From sequence record NC_019405.1: a stretch of 64,000 nt of DNA; one strand, given 5' to 3'. The notes under the pieces are model-generated. The model ran no database searches. It had not been told where the DNA came from and was given only the letters and a program-made list of their open reading frames with translations. The position numbers were made by a program, and so were the translations under genes. Below are positions 41,878-50,927 of this stretch, in pieces; the stretch's first letter is position 1; every line of letters starts with the position of its first letter.

Positions 41878-43638
41878 ATGGCCGAGACCATGTCCCTGAG
41901 TTTCCGGATCGAAGGCGCCGCTCTGGTGGAGCGGGCGCGCGATCGCGTCATCGAAGGTAACTGGGAGCACGGCCTGCGCATCCTGGTCGAGGGCCTGCAC
42001 GGCATGTCCTACGAACTCGCGATCGACATCCTGCTTGGCAAGCACACCCTGGGCGGCTGGTCCTCGGACCCCGAGGGCGTCTATCTCACCGACCAGGACC
42101 CGGAGGACGAGACTTTCAAGCGCTACAAGGAAACCCTCGACTACCAGTTTGCCGGCGTCTTCAAGCTGGACGACGGCCGGATCATGCGCCCCTACGCGGT
42201 GGTCGACAGCTTCTCCAAGATCGACTTCGACTCTAGGGTCCGCTTCCTGCGGCTGGCCCAGGGCTCGGACCCGGTGTTCTCGCGCCCCAAGCGCTATCAC
42301 GACCCCCGCGCCGAGATCAACGGCGAGGAGATCGACTGGGCCTATCGCGCCCTGCACTATGCCGACGAGCCGACCCAGGACATCGTCCGGCTGGTCCGCA
42401 TGGAGGGCTTCCATCCCTCGATCCGGGCGGCGGTCCTATTCAAGGAAGTCCGCGACTATCCCAAGCTCCTGCTCCCGAAGGTCGAGACCGACGCCCAGAA
42501 GGCCGTCGACGTGGCGATCAAGGCCCAACGCGGCCTCTCCAAGCGTGGGCACGTCTACGAGTACGGCGCCGGTCAGGACTTCGACAAGGAGCACTACAAG
42601 ACCACCATGGGGATCGATCAGGTCCCCACCGCGTGGTCCGTGCGCAATCCGAAGTACGTCGATCCCGACGCCAAGTTCGTGAAGGACACCCTGGCCGAGA
42701 TCGACGGCGACAAGCGCCCGGCGCCGGCCGGTGATTACGCCGGCGCCATGAACCGGATGATCAAGGATGAGATGGACGGCGGCATGGACATCAGCGCGGC
42801 CGTCGCCATGACCCAGGCCAAGATGGCGCTGCTGGGCGGCATGGCCGAGGACCCCGAGCAGCGCCTGCGGGCGATCAACGACGCCTACGCCGCCAAGTAC
42901 GAGAAGGCCGAGGGCCGCAGCGTCGAGGAGTACCGCAAGGCCATCATCGCCCAGGCCGGCGATGATTTCTTTGATCTCGCGTACACGGATGTGAACGGCA
43001 AGGACGTCGTCCTGAAGGTCCCGACCGCGCCGTTCGAGCAGTGGGCGCTCTGGCGCACGGCCGGCTCCCACCTCGCCAAGCCCTGGAAGCGGGTGACCTA
43101 CACCGGCTTCAAGACGTTCGGCGATGACCCCTATCACACCGACTGGGTGCTGGGCGCCGGGCTCAATCCCGAGGATTGGCCGATCATCGAGGCCGACAAC
43201 CCGCCGCTCCACAAGGCCGCCTGGGACAAGCGCTTCCGGCTGGCCGAGGAGAAGCTGGGCGGCAACATGCGCGTCCTGCTCGGCAAGGGCTTCGTGACCG
43301 GCAAGATCGTGATGCTCAAGCCGGGCGAGGCCCTGTCACCGGGCGAGATCGGTGTGATCCGCAACGCCGGCCCCGACTACGTTCAGGCCGCCCAGAGCGC
43401 GATCGAGCACAACACCGCCTTGATCTGCGAGAACGGCGGCAGCGTCGCCCACCTCGTGGTCGAGTACCTGGACAAGCCCCTGCGCCTGACCCGGATCGAG
43501 AACGCGCGCAAGATTTTCAAGGACGGCATGACCGTCTACCTCGACTTTGACAAGTCGACGCGAGAGATCGCCAAGGGCGGCCTGGGGCCGAGCCCTGCCG
43601 ATCTTGGCCTCGACACGGAATGGGAGATTTTCGAATGA
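41878..43638 (+). CDS. 586-aa protein with C-terminal PEP-utiliser mobile (phosphohistidine swivel) domain
   Basis: G.VTGKI...PGEIGVI...GP......ALICENGGSVAHL...IENA...FKDGMTVYLD. Confidence 0.75.
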   Translation: MAETMSLSFRIEGAALVERARDRVIEGNWEHGLRILVEGLHGMSYELAIDILLGKHTLGGWSSDPEGVYLTDQDPEDETFKRYKETLDYQFAGVFKLDDGRIMRPYAVVDSFSKIDFDSRVRFLRLAQGSDPVFSRPKRYHDPRAEINGEEIDWAYRALHYADEPTQDIVRLVRMEGFHPSIRAAVLFKEVRDYPKLLLPKVETDAQKAVDVAIKAQRGLSKRGHVYEYGAGQDFDKEHYKTTMGIDQVPTAWSVRNPKYVDPDAKFVKDTLAEIDGDKRPAPAGDYAGAMNRMIKDEMDGGMDISAAVAMTQAKMALLGGMAEDPEQRLRAINDAYAAKYEKAEGRSVEEYRKAIIAQAGDDFFDLAYTDVNGKDVVLKVPTAPFEQWALWRTAGSHLAKPWKRVTYTGFKTFGDDPYHTDWVLGAGLNPEDWPIIEADNPPLHKAAWDKRFRLAEEKLGGNMRVLLGKGFVTGKIVMLKPGEALSPGEIGVIRNAGPDYVQAAQSAIEHNTALICENGGSVAHLVVEYLDKPLRLTRIENARKIFKDGMTVYLDFDKSTREIAKGGLGPSPADLGLDTEWEIFE

Positions 43639-43931
43639 GCGAGAAGTGGCAACCGGTGGAGGAAGCCGCCAATAACCTCTCCGGCTGGAACGTGCGCTCG
43701 GCCCAGATGGCGGTCGCCGGCGGGACCCTCTATCGGACGATCGTCTCGCGCGACAGCCAGGGCGCCGCGCCGGCGGTGAGCACCACCTTCGTCCCGGACG
43801 CCGCGCCGCAGTTCACCGTCCAGGTGACCGACGAGGACCTCCGGAGCCTTGCCGAGTGCAAGGACGTCGCCAGGGCGCGCAGCCTGTTCCGGGGCATCCT
43901 GAAGGCCCACGGCCTGGAGATCATCGCCTAG
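43635..43931 (+). CDS. hypothetical protein (98 aa), paralogue of 35978-36157
   Basis: KWQPV...MAVAGGTLYR...TTFVP. Confidence 0.75.
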   Translation: MSEKWQPVEEAANNLSGWNVRSAQMAVAGGTLYRTIVSRDSQGAAPAVSTTFVPDAAPQFTVQVTDEDLRSLAECKDVARARSLFRGILKAHGLEIIA

Positions 43932-44126
43932 ATGCCGCTGTTCGAGCTTTCCGTCACCGCGATCCATCGCGACACCGTCACGGTGGAGGCCGACAGCGAG
44001 GCGCAGGCACGCGCCCGCATCCTTGAGGGAGGCTATTCCGACGGGGGCGACGTCAAGTCGGTCGTCCACGACATCGAGCCCGAGATCGAGATCGTCGATG
44101 TCACCCTGATCGAAGAGGAGGACTGA
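43932..44126 (+). CDS. small acidic protein (64 aa)
   Basis: VTVEADSEAQARA motif. Confidence 0.7.
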   Translation: MPLFELSVTAIHRDTVTVEADSEAQARARILEGGYSDGGDVKSVVHDIEPEIEIVDVTLIEEED

Positions 44127-44129
44127 CCT

Positions 44130-44288
44130 TTGGCAACAGACGACGCCCAGGCTAAGCGTGCCGCCGAGATTATGGATGCCCGCTACGGTGAGGCATGGCG
44201 ACATCGGCCCATGCTGAGAAGCCCCGAATGGGCGCAGGCTTGGGAAGAAGCCGGCCGTGCGCCTCCAGAAGACCTGAAGGAAGACTGA
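44130..44288 (+). CDS. hypothetical protein (52 aa, not in ORF track)
   Basis: TTG start with GGAGG SD; MATDDAQAKRAAEIMDARYGEAW...; fills the gap exactly. Confidence 0.6.
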   Translation: MATDDAQAKRAAEIMDARYGEAWRHRPMLRSPEWAQAWEEAGRAPPEDLKED

Positions 44289-44289
44289 C

Positions 44290-44796
44290 ATGGCCGACTT
44301 CAGCCGCGCCCGCCGGTCCATGGAGACCGCCGACCTGATCGAGCGCCTCAAGGCTCTCTATGACCTGGAGGACGCCCGCGACATCCCGGACGAGGAGACC
44401 AAGAGCGCCTTGAAAGAGGCGGTGGTCCAGTTGGGCATGCTGACCGAGCAGGTCGAACTCGGGGAGACCCTCCAGAAGTCCTACCAGAACCTGATCAACT
44501 ACTACAAGACCGACGCCCTGGCCTCGTCCCAGGAGCCGGACTTCAAGCGCGCGGCCCGCGAGCTTCACCTGATCGAGTCCTACCCGCCCAGGCTGCGCCT
44601 CGCGGTCGGCGGCTTCCGCAAGGCCATGGACGAGCAAGGCTTCCTGACCGGCGAGACCGGACGGGCGATCAGCCGGCTGATCAGCAAGCATCTCGACCAC
44701 GATCTGGCGGGGCTGCTGGGGTCCGAGATCAATTATTACACGCGTAAGGCTATCGCCGCCTTGCGGGGGTTGGCCCCCGAGGAGCCCAAAGCATGA
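44290..44796 (+). CDS. hypothetical protein (168 aa)
   Basis: Codon bias, helical. Confidence 0.75.
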   Translation: MADFSRARRSMETADLIERLKALYDLEDARDIPDEETKSALKEAVVQLGMLTEQVELGETLQKSYQNLINYYKTDALASSQEPDFKRAARELHLIESYPPRLRLAVGGFRKAMDEQGFLTGETGRAISRLISKHLDHDLAGLLGSEINYYTRKAIAALRGLAPEEPKA

Positions 44797-45365
44797 TCGA
44801 TCCGAAAGCCAAACTCGCCGACCAAGTCGCCGGCCTCGGCCGTGATGGCGCCCGCCTCTGCGCCGAGGTGCAGGAGCGCTGCACCAGCAACATCGCCGAC
44901 GCCGTGCTGGAATTCGTCGCCGACGCCGAGACGATCATCGAGCGCCAGCAAAAGCGCGTCGATGAACTCCAGGTCTCGACGGCGCGGCGGATGCACGTCG
45001 AGCGGGCCTATCTGCGGGTGATCCAGGAGTTCATCGCCGCCAAGCGCCTGCCGAGCCTGACGGCGTTCCATGATGCGGTCGGCATGCTCCAGGCCCAGAC
45101 CGAGCAGATGAACGGCGACATCGAGCGGCTCGCGACCTATCTGCGCGGACTGGACCGGCGCGCCATGGACCCTAAGCTGAAGGACCTCGTGGAGCACCTG
45201 GACTTCTACATCTTCCACGAGTTGATGCGAAAGATACACTACATCGAGCATTTCGTCCTGCGAGACGCCCGCCTCGCCCTGGTCAGCCTGACCGAGGCCG
45301 ACTTCGGGCGGATGGGGCTGGGCGAGCGGCCCGAGCCCCCGGTCAGCCAGGACATGCCGTCGTGA
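44793..45365 (+). CDS. hypothetical coiled-coil protein (190 aa)
   Basis: Coupled ORF. Confidence 0.75.
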   Translation: MIDPKAKLADQVAGLGRDGARLCAEVQERCTSNIADAVLEFVADAETIIERQQKRVDELQVSTARRMHVERAYLRVIQEFIAAKRLPSLTAFHDAVGMLQAQTEQMNGDIERLATYLRGLDRRAMDPKLKDLVEHLDFYIFHELMRKIHYIEHFVLRDARLALVSLTEADFGRMGLGERPEPPVSQDMPS

Positions 45366-45595
45366 TCGAGCATGTCTATCGTCGCGATCCGCGCGGGCGC
45401 GATTACGGGCTCCAATGCCTGGACCTCGACGAGGCGCTGAAGATCGTCGCGGCCGAGAAGCAGGACTTCCTTCTGCGCTTGGTCGCGGTCCTGCACGAGA
45501 ACAACCTTCTGCGCGACGCCGACGTCATGGAACTGCTCGGCAGGGGCTGGGCGCTTGAACCCTATGATCTCCACTACAGCGACGCCGACGATTAG
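45362..45595 (+). CDS. hypothetical protein (77 aa)
   Basis: Coupled ORF. Confidence 0.7.
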   Translation: MIEHVYRRDPRGRDYGLQCLDLDEALKIVAAEKQDFLLRLVAVLHENNLLRDADVMELLGRGWALEPYDLHYSDADD

Positions 45596-45598
45596 GCG

Positions 45599-45643
45599 TT
45601 GACAACACTCTCGCGCCAACATAGAACCGCCCTCGACGACAAC
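45599..45643 (+). promoter_or_regulatory. phage promoter cassette (spacer-operator type)
   Basis: TTGACA-ACACTCTCGCGCCAACA-TAGAAC then CGACGACAACG; 28-mer identical to 59481 and 61967. Confidence 0.92.
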
Positions 45644-45655
45644 GAGGAGGCTTCG

Positions 45656-46039
45656 ATGAAGCTCGCGACCCAAGACCGCACCGACCCGCGCCTGAACGCG
45701 CGCTACCGTCTCGCCAAGGCGGTGTTCTACTATGGCGGCCCGCACGAGTACCCGATCCACCTGAACGACTGGTGGAACGAGGTGACGCCGGCCGACGTCG
45801 AGGACCGCATCTCCGAACTCTGCCGCGAACTGTCCAAGCTGTCGGGCCAGACCCTGGCGCCGGCGACCTTCTACGAACGGATGAAGCTGGGCTTCGTCGA
45901 CCTCCCGGAAGTGAAGGACGAGGACTTCGCCGCCCTGTCGGAGACGACCCGCAACAACCTGCTCGCCATGCAGGACCGCTTCTCGGTCCACGGGAGCGGC
46001 TTCATGCTCTACTGGAACATCGTCAAAGAGGAGGCCTGA
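45656..46039 (+). CDS. hypothetical protein (127 aa)
   Basis: ATG 45656 with GAGGAGG SD (the track start at 45599 is the promoter TTG). Confidence 0.8.
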   Translation: MKLATQDRTDPRLNARYRLAKAVFYYGGPHEYPIHLNDWWNEVTPADVEDRISELCRELSKLSGQTLAPATFYERMKLGFVDLPEVKDEDFAALSETTRNNLLAMQDRFSVHGSGFMLYWNIVKEEA

Positions 46040-46042
46040 GCC

Positions 46043-46402
46043 TTGGATCGCAACGACCCCGCCAAGCCCATGTGCAAGATCGCCGTCCTGGCCGGCCCCC
46101 TGTGGGAGGTCGACACCGACAATTGCGAGACCCTGCTGGTCCCGGTCAAGGATGTTCCCCACCCCTGCGCCGAGAACTTCCAGGACGAGATCGACATGGC
46201 CTTGAACATGAGCGGCGAGGCCATGGACTGGCGCCGCGTCGAGGGCTTCGCCGCCGTCCTGCGCGACCCGCGCGGCTCGGACATGTCGCCCGTCGAGGGT
46301 CCGTTCGCCAGCGCCCAGGAGGCCTTCAACTACGTCAAGGACCAGTGGAGCGACCGCATCCCCGGATCGATGGGGCTGGCTCCCTACGAGGCCCCACAAT
46401 GA
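46043..46402 (+). CDS. hypothetical protein (119 aa)
   Basis: TTG with GGAGG SD. Confidence 0.7.
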   Translation: MDRNDPAKPMCKIAVLAGPLWEVDTDNCETLLVPVKDVPHPCAENFQDEIDMALNMSGEAMDWRRVEGFAAVLRDPRGSDMSPVEGPFASAQEAFNYVKDQWSDRIPGSMGLAPYEAPQ

Positions 46403-46668
46403 TCAAGATCACGCGCCGCATGACCTGGGCTGACGCCGGCCGCTGCTCCAAGACCGACTGGACCGCGTGGCTCATCCCCGCCGGCCCACTGATCGCGGCG
46501 CTGCCGTTCGCCGCCCTGACCGGCGCGTGCCTGTCGATCAAGGACCCGACCCACACCAATCTGGCCATCGCCTTGCTGCCCGGCGCGGCGATGCTCTTCA
46601 ACGGCTGGATGGCGACGTTCGCCTTCGACCAGTTCCTGCGCGGGCGGGCCGGCGAGGAGGTCCGCTGA
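46399..46668 (+). CDS. small membrane protein (89 aa)
   Basis: Two hydrophobic segments. Confidence 0.7.
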   Translation: MIKITRRMTWADAGRCSKTDWTAWLIPAGPLIAALPFAALTGACLSIKDPTHTNLAIALLPGAAMLFNGWMATFAFDQFLRGRAGEEVR

Positions 46669-46669
46669 C

Positions 46670-47098
46670 ATGAAGCTCTTCATCATCATCCTGGCGGCGA
46701 TCCTGTGGCTGGGTGACACCGCCCGCGCCCAGTCCCTGCCGTTCCGCCTGACCCAGCCGCTGAACTACGGCAGTGATCTCCACTACACCGAGACGCGCGA
46801 CGCGTCCGCCTCGCGCGAGCCGCTCAAGCGGGTGATCGTCGACCTGTCGCGCTCGTCCACGGTGGTCATCGAGCGGGCCTGGACCTACGCCGAACTCGCT
46901 GGCGCCCAGACGACCTGCGGCGAGATCGTCCTCAACGGCCGCCATCAGAGATTCGTCCTCCAGGAAGGCCCCAAGACCGCCGTGATCGGCCCGGCGGTGC
47001 CCGCCTACTTCTGGTCGCTCGACGTGCCGGACTACCAGTTCCGCAACGCCGGGTGCCTGCGCGACCGCGCCGCCCTGATCATCCCGCCGAGGTTCTGA
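46670..47098 (+). CDS. putative secreted protein (142 aa)
   Basis: Sec signal MKLFIIILAAILWLGDTARA-Q. Confidence 0.75.
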   Translation: MKLFIIILAAILWLGDTARAQSLPFRLTQPLNYGSDLHYTETRDASASREPLKRVIVDLSRSSTVVIERAWTYAELAGAQTTCGEIVLNGRHQRFVLQEGPKTAVIGPAVPAYFWSLDVPDYQFRNAGCLRDRAALIIPPRF

Positions 47099-47101
47099 TC
47101 C

Positions 47102-47158
47102 TGGCGTTCTTGTGTTGACAAGGCCGGAGCCGCTGGCCTAGAACGTCGTGGACGACAA
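47102..47158 (+). promoter_or_regulatory. phage promoter cassette (upstream-operator type)
   Basis: TGGCG-TTCTT-GTGTTGACA-18-TAGAAC then GACGACAAC. Confidence 0.85.
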
Positions 47159-47169
47159 CAGGAGGGACC

Positions 47170-47526
47170 ATGCCGCTCTACGACTTTCCGACCGGACCGA
47201 CCACGATGGAGGACATCGAGGCGTTCGTCGCCGGCGCCCAGGCGGTGGTGACCGCCCAACTGGCCAAGGCCTTTCCCGGCGTGTCCGCGCCGGTCCTGGA
47301 GATCGCGCCGGTTCACCCGAGCAGCCAGTTCGCCAAGATCGTCGCGGTCGACGCCAGCCAGCGCTCGGCCTGGGCGTTCGTCCGACTGGAGAACGGCCTG
47401 ATCTATAAGCCCTCGTCGTGGAAGGTGCCAGCCAAGCATGCGCGCGGCACGATCCATACCGCCGCGCACGGCGCCGAGTACGTCGACTGGACCGGCCCCC
47501 GCTATGTGAAGGACCTGCGTCGATGA
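47170..47526 (+). CDS. hypothetical phage protein (118 aa)
   Basis: FAKIV...FV....G.IYKP.SWK.PAK.ARG.I motif. Confidence 0.8.
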   Translation: MPLYDFPTGPTTMEDIEAFVAGAQAVVTAQLAKAFPGVSAPVLEIAPVHPSSQFAKIVAVDASQRSAWAFVRLENGLIYKPSSWKVPAKHARGTIHTAAHGAEYVDWTGPRYVKDLRR

Positions 47527-47789
47527 GGAACTTCTCCGTTCTCCTGTCGCTTCATGACGAGCGCCGGCTCTACGTGGTCGAGGCGTCGGACCCCGGCAAG
47601 GCGGTGGCCTTCGCCAAGCGCGTGGCGGCGGCGCACGACACCGTCGGCTCCAACTGGGAGATGGAAGTCGTCTTCCACGGCGCTTCCTACCTCGCCATGA
47701 AGGGCGCTTCCGTCAAGGTCATCGATCTGCGCTCCAGCGCGCAGGAACAGGAACCGGTGCCGCACGCTCAGCGTGGGGGTGGCTGCTGA
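47523..47789 (+). CDS. hypothetical protein (88 aa)
   Basis: ATG 47523. Confidence 0.7.
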   Translation: MRNFSVLLSLHDERRLYVVEASDPGKAVAFAKRVAAAHDTVGSNWEMEVVFHGASYLAMKGASVKVIDLRSSAQEQEPVPHAQRGGGC

Positions 47790-48202
47790 TGCGCGTCGAG
47801 GACGGAAAGGCCATCGTCGATGACGTCTGGGCGGTGGTCAAGGGCCACCTGCCCGGCGCCATCCATTTTGTGCGCCTCAACTGGGTCGGCCGGCTGCTGC
47901 ACGGCGGCGACATGCTCCACTACTGGGGCATCCAACAGCCGACTCAGATTCCCGGCGTCGCCTATGTCTGGGACGACGAGACGAACGGCGGGCCGCTCGG
48001 CGGCTGGATGGGTCCGGAGACCAAGATCATCGCCCGCTTCGCCGACCAGCGCCAGGGCCTGGACGTCCTGCGCGCGGCGATGGAGACCAAGGCGCGCTTC
48101 GACGCCCTGGTCCGCCAGGGCGAGGACTTGCTGCTCGCCCTCAAGGCCCAGCGTGACCAAGCCCTGTTCGCGGCCTTGACCCAGGGGGTTCCCGAGGCAT
48201 GA
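47789..48202 (+). CDS. hypothetical protein (137 aa)
   Basis: Coupled ORF. Confidence 0.75.
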   Translation: MRVEDGKAIVDDVWAVVKGHLPGAIHFVRLNWVGRLLHGGDMLHYWGIQQPTQIPGVAYVWDDETNGGPLGGWMGPETKIIARFADQRQGLDVLRAAMETKARFDALVRQGEDLLLALKAQRDQALFAALTQGVPEA

Positions 48203-48609
48203 GCTTTGCGATCCGCTACTTCCCCGGCCCGCGCCTGGGCTATGGCAAGGTCGTTTCCCGGCACGGGATGCACGTCCTCTTTCAGGCCTATGCCGGGAAT
48301 GAACCCCAGCCGGGGACCCTGCCCGAGGTCGTTCACTGGGACGACATCATCGAAGGTCGCTTTGCCTCGGTCGCCAAGGTCATCCTGGCGATCGACGAAT
48401 CCATGCGCTGGTTCAAGGCCCTGGAAGCCGAGCGCGGCACCGAGCAGTCCGCCGAGGTCCTCATGACGCATCTGCGGCGCTATGAGCGCGACGACTGCGA
48501 GGTTTGCCACGGCGCGCGCGGCGGGGTGCGGGGCAACGAGAACATCGTCGATGGCAAGGTGGTCTGCGACTACTGCACCATGGACATCCTCGACGCGAGG
48601 AAAAGCTGA
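48199..48609 (+). CDS. hypothetical protein with C-terminal Zn motif
   Basis: CEVC.G..GG..GNEN..DG.V.CDYC. Confidence 0.75.
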   Translation: MSFAIRYFPGPRLGYGKVVSRHGMHVLFQAYAGNEPQPGTLPEVVHWDDIIEGRFASVAKVILAIDESMRWFKALEAERGTEQSAEVLMTHLRRYERDDCEVCHGARGGVRGNENIVDGKVVCDYCTMDILDARKS

Positions 48610-48824
48610 TGGGGGCCTACGCCTACTGCCAGAATCCCGACTGCGACGCGCCGCAGGATCGTCCGACGGCCCGCGAGGTCGTGGAGCGCGAGCGCCGCTG
48701 CTACGCCTGCGGTAAGGCCGTTCCGGTCTATGACGACTTGGCCGACGTCCTCGAACGGATGGAGAGCCGGATTGACGATCTGGAAGCCGAGGTCAAGGCC
48801 CTGAAGGAAGGCGGAACCGAATGA
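48609..48824 (+). CDS. small Zn-ribbon plus coiled-coil protein (71 aa)
   Basis: CQNPDC...CYACG, then LERMESRIDDLEAEVKAL. Confidence 0.75.
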   Translation: MGAYAYCQNPDCDAPQDRPTAREVVERERRCYACGKAVPVYDDLADVLERMESRIDDLEAEVKALKEGGTE

Positions 48825-49219
48825 CCGCGACCCGCCAGGAAATCAAGGACGTCCTCGACCGCGTGGCGAACCTGCGCGAGCCTGACCGTGATGTCGAGCT
48901 TGCCGTCTGGAACATCGTCAGCACCCAGGGCCGCTGGGCGTGGCACGCCCGCCACGAGACGATCCACCAGATCGCCAGCGATGGGCGGTATGGCTTCGGC
49001 ATCTGCTCGCTAGAGCGCCTGACCTCGTCGATCAACGACGTGCTGTCGTTCGCCCACTATGCCGATCTCCATCCCCTCGAACTCCTGGAGAAGGGTCTGG
49101 CGCGGGTCAAGCTGCTCCCACGCCACCTCTACGACCAGGACTACGAGGTCCAATTCTTCCTCTGCCGCGACATGCTCAGGGTGATCCTGGAGCATTGTCT
49201 TGAGAAGGCCCGCACATGA
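48821..49219 (+). CDS. hypothetical protein (132 aa)
   Basis: Coupled ORF. Confidence 0.7.
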   Translation: MTATRQEIKDVLDRVANLREPDRDVELAVWNIVSTQGRWAWHARHETIHQIASDGRYGFGICSLERLTSSINDVLSFAHYADLHPLELLEKGLARVKLLPRHLYDQDYEVQFFLCRDMLRVILEHCLEKART

Positions 49220-49605
49220 GCTTCGTCTATCTTGCGATCCCCTATACCTCCCAACTGGAGGACGAGGCCGAAGCCAAGGCCGAGCGCGACGCCCGAATGG
49301 TTGAATTCTGGAAGGCCGCCGCCTTTCTGATCGACCGGGGCGATCACGTCGTCTCGCCCATGACCCTGGAGCCGGCCCTGGTCGCCGTGCCCGACATGCC
49401 CTACCGCTGGGAGCACTGGAAGGAATACTCGATCAAGATGATCGGGATTTCATCGAAGCTGGTGGTCCTGCAACTGCCCGGCTGGTCGACGAGCCGGGGT
49501 GTCATCGGCGAGATGCACGCGGCGGGCGAAGCCGGCATCGAGATCGAGTTCCTGACCCTTCAGACGGTCGCGACGTGGCTGAGCACCAGGGAGATTGAAG
49601 CGTGA
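49216..49605 (+). CDS. DUF1937 family protein (nucleoside deoxyribosyltransferase-like fold)
   Basis: YLAIPYT, VVSP, W...W, VL.LPGW..SRGV..E...A. Confidence 0.8.
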   Translation: MSFVYLAIPYTSQLEDEAEAKAERDARMVEFWKAAAFLIDRGDHVVSPMTLEPALVAVPDMPYRWEHWKEYSIKMIGISSKLVVLQLPGWSTSRGVIGEMHAAGEAGIEIEFLTLQTVATWLSTREIEA

Positions 49606-50057
49606 TCCAGTTCCTCAAGGACATCACGGGCGTCACCGCGCGCGAGGACGCCCTGGAGCGCGCAAAAGCCAAGGCCCTGCATGCCAATCAGTTGGCTCAG
49701 GCGCGCAAGGTCGGGGAATTTCAGGTGGTGCAGGAAGACCGCAAACTCTTCCACTATCAACTGTTTCTCACCCCCTCCACGCTCGACGGGTCTTGGTTTT
49801 ACCTGGGGAGCTACGGCCACATCTGTAGCCGGGTCAACGCCCACTCCTTCTCGTCTCTGGAAGAGGCCAAGGTGGCGGGTGCGGCGGCGGGCGCTCAATG
49901 CCGCGAGCGCATCGCCGGCGAGATGGAGCGCCAGCAGCAGTTCCGCAATATCTACGCCCCGCCGGAGTTCCTGGCCAAATCCGTCAACGCCTTCAAGTCG
50001 AGTGAGGACCTGCTGATCGAGGTCGCGCGGACGGTGTCCCAGAGGTACCAGCGATGA
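49602..50057 (+). CDS. hypothetical protein (151 aa)
   Basis: Coupled ORF. Confidence 0.7.
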   Translation: MIQFLKDITGVTAREDALERAKAKALHANQLAQARKVGEFQVVQEDRKLFHYQLFLTPSTLDGSWFYLGSYGHICSRVNAHSFSSLEEAKVAGAAAGAQCRERIAGEMERQQQFRNIYAPPEFLAKSVNAFKSSEDLLIEVARTVSQRYQR

Positions 50058-50320
50058 GCGCGGTCGCTCTGAAGTTCGACACGCTCGCCGACGCCGAGAT
50101 GGCGGTCGCCCAGGCGCTCTACGAGCACTGGGTGCGGAGCGAGCGCGCGCGTCATGTCACCTGGAACCTCCCCGGCTGGGTCGAGCCGCCCGCCTGGGCG
50201 GACATGAACTGGACCGAGCGCACCCACTGGCTGGTCGAGGCCGGCCTCGTCGTCGACTGCCTGCTCGAATTCGTCAAGAACAACCCCGGCGCCTATGGAG
50301 AGAGCCATGAACCGTCGTGA
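50054..50320 (+). CDS. hypothetical protein (88 aa)
   Basis: Coupled ORF. Confidence 0.7.
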   Translation: MSAVALKFDTLADAEMAVAQALYEHWVRSERARHVTWNLPGWVEPPAWADMNWTERTHWLVEAGLVVDCLLEFVKNNPGAYGESHEPS

Positions 50321-50927
50321 ACTGATCCTGGGCGCCGGCGCGGTCGTCGCGGCCTCGGCCCTGCCGACCGTGGTCGAGGCCGCGCGCGTCAAGCCCATTC
50401 GACGCCTGCTCCTGGAGAGCGGCTTCGTCCAGCACGAGACCTTCGCCACCTCCTGGATGGCGACCTGGACGGAAGACTCCCACGCCTCGCGGCATGCCGA
50501 GGTCGTGCGCGCCTGGATCGACGAAACGGTCCAGAGCGGCTATCTCAAGTGCGGCGGCGAGACCTACATCCTCGATAAGCACGTGCGGCTTCCGCAGGTG
50601 GACTTCACGATCTCGCCGACCGACAAGGTCTGGTCGCACTGGTCGGGCTGGGTCGAGGAGGCGGGGCTGAAGGTCGTCGTGCGCGTGCTCGCGTCCGATC
50701 CCCAGGTCGATGCGACCTTCGATCCGGTCTATCTGATGAAGACCCGTTGGCAGGCCGACGGGACCCAGGCTCCGGAGGAGACGCGCTACCTCGTCCGCCG
50801 GCCGCTCCTGCGTTACCACGAGGAGCGCGAGCTTCGCTACGCCCTCGGAGACACCGCCGGCTACTCGCCGAACTCGTTGATCGAGTTCGACAATAGCTGG
50901 CTTCTCGATATGGCGAAAAGCGCATGA
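50307..50927 (+). CDS. protein with twin-arginine-like signal peptide (206 aa)
   Basis: MNRRELILGAGAVVAASALPTVVEA; GGAG SD. Confidence 0.7.
   Translation: MNRRELILGAGAVVAASALPTVVEAARVKPIRRLLLESGFVQHETFATSWMATWTEDSHASRHAEVVRAWIDETVQSGYLKCGGETYILDKHVRLPQVDFTISPTDKVWSHWSGWVEEAGLKVVVRVLASDPQVDATFDPVYLMKTRWQADGTQAPEETRYLVRRPLLRYHEERELRYALGDTAGYSPNSLIEFDNSWLLDMAKSA

Noticed and set aside
44130-44158. TTGGCA-17-TAAGCG possible promoter
   Set aside because: It coincides with an SD-supported TTG start of a 52-aa ORF and lacks the operator and leader; too weak to call
45599-45655. Track start extending the ORF to 146 aa (also 59481-59720, 36106-36294, 36198-36488, 32532-32801)
   Set aside because: These TTG/GTG starts are the promoter -35 or spurious frames over intergenic cassettes; the real starts follow the SDs
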